A DNA stretch of 64,000 bases, taken from positions 25,989 to 89,988 of IMG/VR virus record IMGVR_UViG_3300012933_000371. One strand, written 5' to 3'. Both the position numbers and the translations under genes were made by a program. Below the pieces are notes generated by a model. It did not search any database. It was not told the DNA's origin and saw only the letters and a list, made by a program, of their open reading frames with translations. Shown here one piece after another: positions 38,928-47,695 of the stretch (position 1 is its first letter; each line of letters opens with the position of its first letter). The DNA comes from a virus (taxonomy: Duplodnaviria > Caudoviricetes).

Positions 38928-40151
38928 TTACTTACTTTCTAACGCGCTCTTGCCGCCGGTAGGTTCCTTAGGCTTAGGAGGCGCTCCTCCTTGACTTGGA
39001 TTCGCCGCCGAACCAGCAATATTAGCTGGAATTCGTAAGTCGTCGTTTCCTGGTTTTGGTTCATAACGCAACTCTTGTCGAGCTTCGTTGGCTGAGATAA
39101 TTCCAGCGTTTACCAAAGTAGAATGGTAAGCTGCAACATCTTTCATTTCTGGCTGTAATGCGGATACTGAAGTAGTAATCGGTTCAATGTCGTAACCAAA
39201 GAATCTTTCTACTGCTGACGAGAATTTCGTCAAAACTGGAACAACTGTTTCCAAGTAGAATAAACGTAGGTTAGGGTTAATGTTTGCATTATTGCCACCA
39301 TCTAGTAAGATTGGCGGTACGCCCAATGACTTAAGAATCTTAGCGTCATGAGTTTTTATTGATTGGTCAAAATCCATCTCTTGGAACGTATCTGCTAAGT
39401 TAGTATGTGGCTTTAATCCACTATCTAAGATCATTGGTCTACGAGCACCATTCTTTGGCGAGTATTTTGACATCCAGTTAGCGATTGTACGATCTTTAGC
39501 AACTTGGCTAAGTGTATTATCACTGGTTAGGATTAAACCTGCAATTGCACCGTTCTCAAAGAATTGCTCTTGAAACGTTTGCATTTTGTACAAGATTTTG
39601 ATATTGCGATCAGCAGACATAAGTCTTGAACTACCGCGGTAGATGCTGGTTGACGCTAAATCTTTTACATGAATAATTTCGTCTGGCTTGAAAGCGATTG
39701 TTGTGTTGTAGCGATATGCAGCCACAAACGTTTTAGGGTCAGTTTCAATTTGTACGCGACTAGCCGGAAGGTGATATAAATGAACACCATCATAATAAAT
39801 GAAGATGTTGCCTTCTAGGATAAAGTCTGTGAAGATGTTCGTTCTGAACTCTTGCGCACTTTGATATGGGTTGGGTGCGTAGTTAAGTAGTGTAGCAATC
39901 GTCTTTTGACGCACACCGCTTACTCTTCCGTCCATCTTTTTGTCTTTTACATCGTAGTCTAAGCTGCTACAGCCAGACACGATCATATTTACGCCACGGT
40001 TTACAGTATCTAGCTTTTCAAATGCCTGATTATATGTAATTGCTGAGTCAGTGTTAATGAAAACACCTTGCTCGCGACTAATCAGTTGTTGCGCTGGATT
40101 AAGTTTTTCTCTTAGTTCTGTAGCCCATGAACCTGGATTATACCATGCCAT
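38928..40151 (-). CDS. Portal protein
   Basis: LLNYAPNPYQSAQEF, FFENGA and LGVPPILL HK97-type portal motifs; 407 aa. Confidence 0.92.
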   Translation of the reverse strand: MAWYNPGSWATELREKLNPAQQLISREQGVFINTDSAITYNQAFEKLDTVNRGVNMIVSGCSSLDYDVKDKKMDGRVSGVRQKTIATLLNYAPNPYQSAQEFRTNIFTDFILEGNIFIYYDGVHLYHLPASRVQIETDPKTFVAAYRYNTTIAFKPDEIIHVKDLASTSIYRGSSRLMSADRNIKILYKMQTFQEQFFENGAIAGLILTSDNTLSQVAKDRTIANWMSKYSPKNGARRPMILDSGLKPHTNLADTFQEMDFDQSIKTHDAKILKSLGVPPILLDGGNNANINPNLRLFYLETVVPVLTKFSSAVERFFGYDIEPITTSVSALQPEMKDVAAYHSTLVNAGIISANEARQELRYEPKPGNDDLRIPANIAGSAANPSQGGAPPKPKEPTGGKSALESK

Positions 40152-40160
40152 GAATTTCCT

Positions 40161-40583
40161 TTACAAGAATTTACCAAATAGCGACATAGAGTTCGTTTCA
40201 GGAACTTTACCCTCTGCTTTGGCTTTTTGTTTCTCAATCCAATTCTTTTGTCGTTCTTCGCTGCCTAGGGCTGGTGCTTTACCGTAAACGGAGTGCAAGG
40301 ATACATGGTGCTTGTTACACAAAGTATAAACAAGGTCATATAACTCAACTCGATGTTCTTCAATAAACTCATCTCTAACAGCTAGGATTCCGTCGTCCGT
40401 AGAAATATCATAATTCTTGCGGTCTGCCCAACGGTTTAACAATACAGTAATTGAATGGAGGTGATGCAGCTCTAGATCTTCAGTTTTGTTACAGATATAA
40501 CAAAAACCTGTTTTCTCGTATGCTGCCTTGGCTTTATCCCGGACCCACTTAACGGGGATGCGGTTATTTGTATTCTTAGCCAT
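40161..40583 (-). CDS. HNH endonuclease (packaging/nicking associated)
   Basis: CYIC...LELHHLH...LCNKHH..LH; position between terminase and portal as in T5. Confidence 0.82.
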   Translation of the reverse strand: MAKNTNNRIPVKWVRDKAKAAYEKTGFCYICNKTEDLELHHLHSITVLLNRWADRKNYDISTDDGILAVRDEFIEEHRVELYDLVYTLCNKHHVSLHSVYGKAPALGSEERQKNWIEKQKAKAEGKVPETNSMSLFGKFL

Positions 40584-40613
40584 TTTATGTGTTACTATAA
40601 TTTCAATTTTCCT

Positions 40614-40642
40614 ATTATATCATTGGAGCAACGAAATGTCAA
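40614..40642 (-). promoter_or_regulatory. Consensus sigma70 late promoter
   Basis: Minus strand TTGACA-17-TATAAT upstream of HNH/portal. Confidence 0.9.
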
Positions 40643-40676
40643 CTACGAATTTTTTTATCTGGTAAAAAATATAATG

Positions 40677-40705
40677 TTGAACTAGCCAGGCTAATATGAT
40701 AAAAT
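40677..40705 (+). promoter_or_regulatory. sigma70 promoter of the GIY-YIG gene
   Basis: TTGAAC-17-TAAAAT, divergent from the late promoter. Confidence 0.7.
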
Positions 40706-40727
40706 AGTGTTTTTATTAAAGGATAAT

Positions 40728-41330
40728 ATGCCGTCTGGAATATATAGACTAACATTCGAATCTGGTAAATACTACGTAGGTAAATCCCTAGATATTGATA
40801 CTCGATGGAAGCAACACTTTAACAAGTTCGCGCTTGGCAAAGCAGCACGCCCTATGCAGCTTGAGTACGATAGCTGCGGGCTGCCCCAAACTGAAATAGT
40901 TTTTGAGTGTCATCGTGACCATATTGACATTCTTGAGGAATGGATAATTGATCAACTTAAGGGTCCGGATATGCTTAATACTACATATCCAGACTTAGTT
41001 CGTACTAAGGAAGTACGTGATTTAATTGAGAATAACAGAGACTTACTAAAACTTAGTACTTGGGATCACCTAAAACTTATATACAATCATACTCAAGCTA
41101 CGAACTCAGATAAACAAAAAGCTCAAAAAGCCTTGGAGCTAGTTAAAGCGTATCGATCTCGTGGCAGAATCATTGACGAAGATTATATAGAACTAGTTAA
41201 AACTACCCAACATTGCTATAATAAACTAGAAGAATCGCTTGAACTACTAGAGTTCAGAGAATACGAGCTTTTTAGACTAAGCAAAATGTCCTTATGGGAT
41301 CGAATATTCAATTATAAGGTATACGTATAA
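40728..41330 (+). CDS. Free-standing GIY-YIG endonuclease (homing-type)
   Basis: SGIYRLTF...YYVGKS.DI..RWKQH. Start reassigned to ATG 40728 after AAGGA. Antisense insertion in the late module. Confidence 0.8.
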   Translation: MPSGIYRLTFESGKYYVGKSLDIDTRWKQHFNKFALGKAARPMQLEYDSCGLPQTEIVFECHRDHIDILEEWIIDQLKGPDMLNTTYPDLVRTKEVRDLIENNRDLLKLSTWDHLKLIYNHTQATNSDKQKAQKALELVKAYRSRGRIIDEDYIELVKTTQHCYNKLEESLELLEFREYELFRLSKMSLWDRIFNYKVYV

Positions 41331-42598
41331 AGTGCGTAGCGTAGTGCATCGGCCATGTGCGAATATTCATCGTGCAGAGGCTTCTCGGATTTTAGATTTT
41401 CCCGTGTATCCCAGCGATACTGATCGAGCATAGCCAAGGTATGAACACAGTGTGGTGACACAGTTAGTCGCCCTGTTTCGATTAATGTTTGTACGTAAGC
41501 GATTCCAGGCAATACATCTTTCTTTGCCTTTATCGTAGCAATATCGTAAAGATAAGCTAAGTCCGAGGCAAACTGTGGCGCTGCGGAATCTATGAAGATA
41601 GGATCGATTGCCCATTTTTGTATTAACTCCTGAAATGCTGCTGCGTGTAAATCGGTGGTTGCTTCGGCTTTTAGGTACTCGTCAGCAACATGAAACTTGT
41701 CTAGTGACGGCTCGTAGACCACAACTACAAAAGCAGTAGGGTCACGATAACCAGGGTCACAGCCAGCTAAGGCTTCGTCGCCGTCCTTGATAACATACTC
41801 AACAATGCGATCGGTTTCAAGTTTGTAGATTTGACCCTCAAACATAGTGAAACTAGCCATGTACTCTTGTTCAAATTCTGCTCTGCTCATAGACTTGCGA
41901 GCTTCGGCTACGTCCGACTCTGCCATACGAGCGTTCTCGGTATAGTCAGCGGTTATACTACACCACTCTGGATAATCGTCACTAAACCCACGTTCAAAGA
42001 ACTTTGAAAACCAGTTGTTTTTACCACGAGGCGTTGAAATAAAGATTGCTTTTGAATTCGGCTTATCCAAAGTAGGACGTAAGGCAACGTTAAACGCTGC
42101 TTCACCATCAGCTCCTAAAGCAGCCTCATCAAAAATAATTAAGTCGTATGACCTACCAACGCAACTATCCACTGTGGATAACGAACCCATGCGAATAGTA
42201 GAGCCATTCGATAGCTCAATGATTCTGTCCTTTAAGTTATCACGTGAAATCTCCAAGTCAAAGTGACGGATCAGCTTACGTTGTAGCTCAAAAGAAATTG
42301 TTGATAAGTTGTAGTTAGGCGATATGATTAGTACATTAGCTCCGGGAACTAAGGTAACTAATTGACCAATGACATTTGCAATATAAGTCTTGCCCAAACG
42401 TCGGGCTAAAGCAGCACATACAAAACGATACTTTGGATCGTTAACAGCGTTAATTAAAGCAATCTGAGGCTCGTTGATGGTTTCGTAGATTCCTAATAAC
42501 TTTAAATAGTTAGTGATAGGAAGCTTAATAAATCGACGGGTAGCTTCAAAGTCAACAACGTAACTACGCTCAACATCAGGTCTAGAGATGGTTAGCAT
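41312..42598 (-). CDS. terL: Terminase large subunit
   Basis: Walker A (ARRLGKT), Walker B (IIFDEAA), ISTPRG, GCDPGYRDPTA and HMADALRY. Confidence 0.95.
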   Translation of the reverse strand: MLTISRPDVERSYVVDFEATRRFIKLPITNYLKLLGIYETINEPQIALINAVNDPKYRFVCAALARRLGKTYIANVIGQLVTLVPGANVLIISPNYNLSTISFELQRKLIRHFDLEISRDNLKDRIIELSNGSTIRMGSLSTVDSCVGRSYDLIIFDEAALGADGEAAFNVALRPTLDKPNSKAIFISTPRGKNNWFSKFFERGFSDDYPEWCSITADYTENARMAESDVAEARKSMSRAEFEQEYMASFTMFEGQIYKLETDRIVEYVIKDGDEALAGCDPGYRDPTAFVVVVYEPSLDKFHVADEYLKAEATTDLHAAAFQELIQKWAIDPIFIDSAAPQFASDLAYLYDIATIKAKKDVLPGIAYVQTLIETGRLTVSPHCVHTLAMLDQYRWDTRENLKSEKPLHDEYSHMADALRYALYTYTL

Positions 42599-43095
42599 TA
42601 AGTGGGCTCTCCGTTAATTAACTTGGAGATAAGGGCTCCGTACTTGGTGCCGTCGCCGATACCGTCATTGATTTGTACGTTGACTTGATTTTTGACTGCA
42701 GCGGTGGCATTACCTTGTCGCAGTTTCTCTAGTTGAATTTCCTTGTCCAACATTTCCATTGACATTTTATGTGATAAGGCGATCAAGTCGGTAATGTCTT
42801 TGTTTGAGCCAGTTTCGGACTCTTCCATATCCGATAGTTTCTTTTTAATTAAGGTATCCATTAAATCGCGCATACGAAAACGGTTGTTGAAGCCGACTTC
42901 GTAGAATACTTGGTTAACATAGGCTTTGATTTCGCCTTTCGCCAAGATGCGAGTTACGAAGTCAAGGGGCACGTCGAGCGCGTCTGCGACCTTTTGCGAA
43001 TCTTGTAGTTCCAAAAAACAGTTGGCGATTTCGAGATTTTCGGGGCTTATGGCAAGAGCCTCCGCAGGTGATTGAGTTGAAGGTAAATTTGACAT
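42598..43095 (-). CDS. terS: Terminase small subunit
   Basis: N-terminal HTH-like segment, KDITDLIALSHKM, NQVNVQIN tail; directly upstream of terL. Confidence 0.75.
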   Translation of the reverse strand: MSNLPSTQSPAEALAISPENLEIANCFLELQDSQKVADALDVPLDFVTRILAKGEIKAYVNQVFYEVGFNNRFRMRDLMDTLIKKKLSDMEESETGSNKDITDLIALSHKMSMEMLDKEIQLEKLRQGNATAAVKNQVNVQINDGIGDGTKYGALISKLINGEPT

Positions 43096-43114
43096 TGAGG
43101 TATCCTTTTGGGCA

Positions 43115-43144
43115 AGTATATCATACTACCACAATTGTTGGCAA
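43115..43144 (-). promoter_or_regulatory. sigma70 promoter for the terminase operon
   Basis: Minus strand TTGCCA-18-TATACT with extended -10 TG. Confidence 0.6.
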
Positions 43145-43334
43145 GTAAAAAATTTTTGAGCACATTGTTGCTGTGTTGTGTAAATTTGGTAGAATTAGGT
43201 ACAATAGGTACAATTGTGTGCGGGTTGTGTTAAATGGCACCCTTAGTGTTTTGGATTTGGTATCATATAGTTTACGTGGCGGGGTGCCCAGTAGCGTATA
43301 AGAAAAAGGTAGTCAAATAACCGCCCCCCGTGTG

Positions 43335-43370
43335 TACTTTTGTTTCTAAACACTTCTGCAAACAAAAGGA
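43335..43370. repeat. Inverted pair of the ACTTTTGTTT motif
   Basis: TACTTTTGTTT-N14-AAACAAAAGGA, homologous to 47738-47777. Confidence 0.7.
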
Positions 43371-43454
43371 TTACATAAGTAACCTTTCTTCTACTAGGGT
43401 AAACACCTAGAAAATAATTGTTTACATCTGCTAAATATCCCTTATAATAAACAC

Positions 43455-43565
43455 ATGACAACGAAAGACACTATGACTAAAAAAGAATTTATTGATGCTC
43501 TTGGCTTTGTGGCTTGTATTGCCCTGCCTTTTGTGCTATACTTCTATTTTGTGATGAAACCATAA
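43455..43565 (+). CDS. 36-aa membrane miniprotein, probably leaderless
   Basis: MTTKDTMTKKEFIDALGFVACIALPFVLYFYFVMKP; ATG lies 7 nt after TATAAT (43443-43448). Confidence 0.6.
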   Translation: MTTKDTMTKKEFIDALGFVACIALPFVLYFYFVMKP

Positions 43566-43587
43566 TTGATTTTTTAAGGGGAATGAA

Positions 43588-43911
43588 ATGACTGCAAAGA
43601 CTGTAAACTATACGGCAGACCAAGCCGCAAAAATGGTAGCTGACTATTTGGCTGGCGTGACTGTTGAAGCTATCGCGGCTGAGATGGGTAAATCTGCTCG
43701 CTCTGTTGTTGCTAAACTTTCACGCGAGAAGGTTTATAAGGCTAAGACTTATCAGACTAAGACAGGTGAAGCCGTGATTAAAAAAGATGCACACGCTGAT
43801 TTTATCGGCGAAGCATTGGGCTTAACTGAGGCTGATACCGATTCGCTGACTAAGGCCAACAAGGTAGCATTGGCAAAGATTGCCGATTTTATCAAGGCTG
43901 AAAAGAGCTAA
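43588..43911 (+). CDS. T5 A2-like DNA-binding protein, paralogue 1
   Basis: MTAKTVNYT...Y..G...IA..MGKSARSVVAKLSRE.VY pattern resembles my recollection of T5 A2; HTH-like. Confidence 0.6.
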   Translation: MTAKTVNYTADQAAKMVADYLAGVTVEAIAAEMGKSARSVVAKLSREKVYKAKTYQTKTGEAVIKKDAHADFIGEALGLTEADTDSLTKANKVALAKIADFIKAEKS

Positions 43912-43940
43912 GATTTTGGCAAGGGTGCAAGCCCTTGCTA

Positions 43941-43977
43941 ATTGATTTTGCCTATTGGCTTGATAGGCAAAATCAAT
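43941..43977. promoter_or_regulatory. OxyR-like four-tetramer box within a perfect 18-bp inverted repeat (43938-43980)
   Basis: ATTG-N7-CTAT-N7-ATAG-N7-CAAT versus OxyR consensus ATAG-N7-CTAT-N7-ATAG-N7-CTAT. Confidence 0.6.
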
Positions 43978-44011
43978 TAGACAAACCCAAGATTTGCGAT
44001 ATAATAAACAC

Positions 44012-44188
44012 ATGAAAACAAAAAACATCCCCCAAATTGTGCTTGATGCGGTAGCTAAAGATTTTAAATCTTTTCACACCGTGACTGCAACTGTTGCAAA
44101 TACGTTTATGGCTTCTGCTGGCAATCTCAGCATTTACTACATTGTAAATGCTGACTGTTCAGAAATTATTGATATTCAGGTAGATTGA
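44012..44188 (+). CDS. 58-aa hypothetical protein, probably leaderless
   Basis: TATAAT(44000-44005)-AAACAC-ATG. Confidence 0.65.
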   Translation: MKTKNIPQIVLDAVAKDFKSFHTVTATVANTFMASAGNLSIYYIVNADCSEIIDIQVD

Positions 44189-44189
44189 T

Positions 44190-44273
44190 ATGACAGACGG
44201 AATGCTCTTCATGCTTTTTATGCTTGGCGGCTTTGCCATTAGCTTTGTACTTCTTTTGTGGATTACAAAATGA
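44190..44273 (+). CDS. 27-aa membrane miniprotein
   Basis: MTDGMLFMLFMLGGFAISFVLLLWITK; ATGA-coupled to the next gene. Confidence 0.55.
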   Translation: MTDGMLFMLFMLGGFAISFVLLLWITK

Positions 44274-44629
44274 TTAAATCAGATACAATGCGACTCTTTG
44301 AATTAATCTTGCAAGATGAATTCAAATTAAAATCTAGAATCAATTTATCCAAAACGAAGGTTTTGCGATTTGATGGAGATTCGTGCATGGGTATGTATGA
44401 GGGTTACAAAATCTCTGCTAAGAAATTTAATCACAGAATCAGAATTGCAACTTCTGAGGTTAAAAACGACTATGACTTATTCACTACCCTAGCGCATGAA
44501 TATGTCCACGCATGGCAAATGGAGCAAAACCGCGACCTAGACCACGACACCGATTCAGGTTTTACCGCTTGGCGTAATTACTTTAAAACGTGTTATAATG
44601 TTGATATTGTATCTTTTGGAGCAAATTAA
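44270..44629 (+). CDS. HEXXH zinc metallopeptidase-like protein
   Basis: TTLAHEYVHAWQ...HD motif. Confidence 0.65.
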   Translation: MIKSDTMRLFELILQDEFKLKSRINLSKTKVLRFDGDSCMGMYEGYKISAKKFNHRIRIATSEVKNDYDLFTTLAHEYVHAWQMEQNRDLDHDTDSGFTAWRNYFKTCYNVDIVSFGAN

Positions 44630-44953
44630 ATGGCAACTATCGTAATGGATTCTCAAAAGGTTATCAACGCGGCTCAAATCGTAATTGATAAAATTATGGC
44701 TCACCGCGATGCGCGGGATGAAAAAGCAATCGCAAATGAAATGGCGACCCGTTCGCTGGGCTGGCGCGGGTTTTATTGGCCTACGCGAGAGCAAGCCATT
44801 GACGCGCTTGATCGTTCGGATTCTTGGGGCTGGCGTTCAATATACGCATGGGGCGATTATGCTCACGCTAAAAAGTTGCTTTTGTTGGCACAACACGGCG
44901 ACCCCGTTACACTAAACGAAGAAGATATTATTGTCTTGGCTAAGGGGCTTTAA
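44630..44953 (+). CDS. Hypothetical protein
   Basis: 107-aa ORF with GGAG SD, in a tight operon. Confidence 0.7.
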   Translation: MATIVMDSQKVINAAQIVIDKIMAHRDARDEKAIANEMATRSLGWRGFYWPTREQAIDALDRSDSWGWRSIYAWGDYAHAKKLLLLAQHGDPVTLNEEDIIVLAKGL

Positions 44954-44954
44954 A

Positions 44955-45092
44955 ATGTATATCGAAATGACTACTTTTGCTGTTCCTGCCTTTTTGGTAG
45001 CTGGGCTTAAATTCTTGGCTTTGGTTTCGCTTGGCTGGCTGGCTGTTGGTTTTGTGGGCGTGACTATTTATCAACTTTGGGGCACAAAATGA
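44955..45092 (+). CDS. 45-aa membrane miniprotein
   Basis: MYIEMTTFAVPAFLVAGLKFLALVSLGWLAVGFVGVTIYQLWGTK; ATGA-coupled. Confidence 0.6.
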   Translation: MYIEMTTFAVPAFLVAGLKFLALVSLGWLAVGFVGVTIYQLWGTK

Positions 45093-45382
45093 AAACTGTT
45101 TTCACTAAAAAATTCTGGCAAATTAAACGCGCAAATTGGCAAATTGTAAAATTCAAATACTTTTATTCTTGGCAAAACACGCTAAAATTAATTGTTGCAC
45201 TTGGCGTTATTTTGCCCGTTTGCATTATATTTGTAATGATACCTAGCTGGTTTTTTAATTTGCTAGAAGAATTTGTGCGGGAAAATATGCCATTTAAAGT
45301 TGACGAAAACCCAGAATGGATTAAAATGCAAATGAACGGACAAACCCGTGATTTTATGATGCAATTTAAAACATGGGAATAA
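45089..45382 (+). CDS. Single-TM membrane protein
   Basis: MKTVF start overlaps the upstream stop; central hydrophobic segment. Confidence 0.6.
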   Translation: MKTVFTKKFWQIKRANWQIVKFKYFYSWQNTLKLIVALGVILPVCIIFVMIPSWFFNLLEEFVRENMPFKVDENPEWIKMQMNGQTRDFMMQFKTWE

Positions 45383-45392
45383 GGGGCACAAA

Positions 45393-45554
45393 ATGAAAAT
45401 CAAAAAAGTTATTCGCACAATTACCGATGATTTTGGCAAAGCTGGGCGCGTTGAATATCATATTCTTCGTGATGACGGCTCACTGGTAGACGTTGAGCTA
45501 GATTATGGCACCGCATGGGTTCGAATGCTGGTTTACGAAAACTTGGATAAATGA
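45393..45554 (+). CDS. 53-aa hypothetical protein
   Basis: AAGGGG SD; MKIKKVIRTITDDFGKAGRVEYHILRDDG... Confidence 0.6.
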   Translation: MKIKKVIRTITDDFGKAGRVEYHILRDDGSLVDVELDYGTAWVRMLVYENLDK

Positions 45555-45690
45555 ATACTTTTGTTTCCAACTCAAAATGAGAACTTTTGTTTCTCATTTT
45601 GAGGCGCCAAAATTATACCACATAATTTTGGGGCTTGTCAAGGCTTTTCTGATTAATTTTCGCTATCGGGGCGATAGATTTTTACAATCG
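45554..45690 (-). repeat. Pre-early cassette 1: palindrome + GGCGCC + leftward TTGACA-18-TATAAT + OxyR-like box
   Basis: 13-bp inverted repeat 45571-45603; -10 at 45612-45617; -35 at 45636-45641; ATTA-N7-CTAT-N7-ATAG-N7-CAAT at 45652-45688. Confidence 0.85.
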
Positions 45691-45731
45691 TGATTTTGGC
45701 TTTTGGCCGTTTTTTGCGCTATAATAAACAC

Positions 45732-45857
45732 ATGAAAACAATTTACACACCAAACCAAAAAGCGCGATTCAATCGTTTTTGTGATCGTCACGGCCTTGCA
45801 TTTGCTACAATTACAGAGTATAATGCGGCTATCGAACAATTTTTCTCAGGGGAATAA
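45732..45857 (+). CDS. 41-aa hypothetical protein, probably leaderless
   Basis: TATAAT(45720-45725)-AAACAC-ATG; MKTIYTPNQKARFNRFCDRHGL... Confidence 0.65.
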   Translation: MKTIYTPNQKARFNRFCDRHGLAFATITEYNAAIEQFFSGE

Positions 45858-45859
45858 AA

Positions 45860-46336
45860 ATGGCTAAAATTAACCGCGTTGCAATTTACGACATGGACGG
45901 CACGATTGTAGATTCAAGCCACCGCTATCGCACAATTACTGATGAAAATGGCGAGCGTATAGATTTGGATTTTTGGCGAGAAAATGAATATCGCGCAATG
46001 GATGACGGATTGTTGCCCATGTTTTCACAATATGAAAAAGATTTGGCTGACGAAAATTGTTATACAATTATTGCAACTGCGCGGGTAATGAACGAACCAG
46101 ATTGGCAATTCGTAAACGAAATTTTAGGCGCTCCAGATTATTTTATTTCTCGCCCTGCGGGTTCTGATATTTCAGGCAAAACGCTAAAAATTAATGGCCT
46201 TGCAAAATTCTTTAATCTGGTAACTTTCAAAGATGCTGATTTTGTTTTTTACGAAGATAATATTAGCTATCTAAAAGCCGTTTGCGATAGGTTTAATATT
46301 CGCGGGGTTTATATCCCAAGCGTTCAAGGCCATTAA
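45860..46336 (+). CDS. HAD-superfamily phosphatase (PNK 3'-phosphatase / nucleotidase-like)
   Basis: YDMDGT, IATAR, K and YEDN: HAD motifs I-IV. Confidence 0.8.
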   Translation: MAKINRVAIYDMDGTIVDSSHRYRTITDENGERIDLDFWRENEYRAMDDGLLPMFSQYEKDLADENCYTIIATARVMNEPDWQFVNEILGAPDYFISRPAGSDISGKTLKINGLAKFFNLVTFKDADFVFYEDNISYLKAVCDRFNIRGVYIPSVQGH

Positions 46337-46470
46337 TACTTTGGTTTGCAATTCAAAATGAGAAACAAAAGTTCTCATTTTGAGGCGCCAAAATTATAAC
46401 ATATAATTTTGGGGCTTGTCAAGCATTTTGCGATTAATTTTTTCTATCGGGGCGATAGATTTTATTTATT
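46335..46470 (-). repeat. Pre-early cassette 2
   Basis: 12-bp inverted repeat 46353-46383; -10 at 46393-46398; -35 at 46417-46422; ATTA-N7-CTAT-N7-ATAG-N7-TTAT at 46433-46469. Confidence 0.85.
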
Positions 46471-46568
46471 GCATTTTTCGATTTTCAGGCGTTTTTGTTG
46501 TATAATCTTTTCATTGGTTCAATAGAATCAATCAGCGAATTCCGACTGTATCGGTAATTGGAAACAAA

Positions 46569-47267
46569 ATGGCTAAAAAACAATTCTTTGCGATTCTCGA
46601 CACTGAAACAACTATTGCCGATACTGTGGCCGATTTTGCCATTGTGATTTGTGATCGTGATGGCAAAATTTATAATCAATGCGCGGTATTGGTAAAAGAT
46701 CAATTTGACGCGCACGAATTATTTTATGATAAAAATGCCAAGGGTCTTTGGTCTTTGCAATATGCAAAGGACAAACGCGCAAAATACAACGATATGCTTA
46801 ATTCTGGTTCTAGAATGTTAGCTTCTGTTTCTGCAATCAATAACTGGATTAATCAAGCCATTGGCAAGTATAACCCAACTTTGACCGCTTACAATTTGGC
46901 TTTTGATAAATCAAAATGTGCAAACACAGGTATTACATTGGACGGCTTTTCTGATAACTTTTGTTTGTGGCAAGCGGCTGTTGGCAATATCTGCAACACT
47001 AAAAAATTCAAGCAATTTTGCCTAGAAAATCATGCGTTCAATGCCCCTACTGAATTTGGCAATATGACTTTTAAAACAAACGCCGAGATTGTTTGCGGGT
47101 TTATTAATGGCGGGTTTGTTGAAGAACCGCATACCGCGCTCGAAGATGCGCGCGATTTTGAATTGCCGATTTTGCGCGAGATTATCAAAAAACGCGATTG
47201 GAAACAAAAGGTAACACCTTATAACTGGCGCGAATTTCAAACCCGTGACCATTTCCAAGCCAAGTAA
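46569..47267 (+). CDS. DEDDh (DnaQ-like) 3'-5' exonuclease
   Basis: LDTETT (ExoI), AYNLAFD (ExoII), HTALED (ExoIII). Confidence 0.85.
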   Translation: MAKKQFFAILDTETTIADTVADFAIVICDRDGKIYNQCAVLVKDQFDAHELFYDKNAKGLWSLQYAKDKRAKYNDMLNSGSRMLASVSAINNWINQAIGKYNPTLTAYNLAFDKSKCANTGITLDGFSDNFCLWQAAVGNICNTKKFKQFCLENHAFNAPTEFGNMTFKTNAEIVCGFINGGFVEEPHTALEDARDFELPILREIIKKRDWKQKVTPYNWREFQTRDHFQAK

Positions 47268-47429
47268 TCTAGGAATGTAGGCCGAAAGGCCTACATTTAA
47301 TAAAATGAGATATTTGTGGGTTTTTGCTCTTTTGTTGCATTTATACAACGACAAAAAATTAAATGATGAATTTATTTTTGAATCGTGTTATAATACAATA
47401 ACGGTAGACGAAATTTATAGGGGTTAAAA

Positions 47430-47687
47430 ATGGAAACAATCGGCTGGCTGGGTTCACTACTTTTTGCGTTTTGCGGGTTGCCCCAAGCCGTGGAAAGTTA
47501 CCGCGCAAAAAATTCTGACGGGCTAACGTGGGGATTTTTGATGATGTGGTTTTGGGGTGAGGTGTTTACTTTTGTTTACGTTTTGCCTACCATGTTGTGG
47601 CCTTTGGTTTTCAACTATACCGCGAATTTTATATTTTTAGCAGTTATTTTGTATTACAAAATAAAACCCACAAGAAACAAAAGTTAA
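47430..47687 (+). CDS. PQ-loop / SemiSWEET-like membrane protein
   Basis: GWLGS...LPQA...S.GL motif, three TM helices, P...N in TM3. Confidence 0.8.
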   Translation: METIGWLGSLLFAFCGLPQAVESYRAKNSDGLTWGFLMMWFWGEVFTFVYVLPTMLWPLVFNYTANFIFLAVILYYKIKPTRNKS

Positions 47688-47695
47688 CACTTTTT

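Noticed and set aside
43243-43461. 72-aa minus-strand ORF at the putative genome end
   Set aside because: Overlaps promoter and operator elements, no SD, no recognisable composition; probably spurious.
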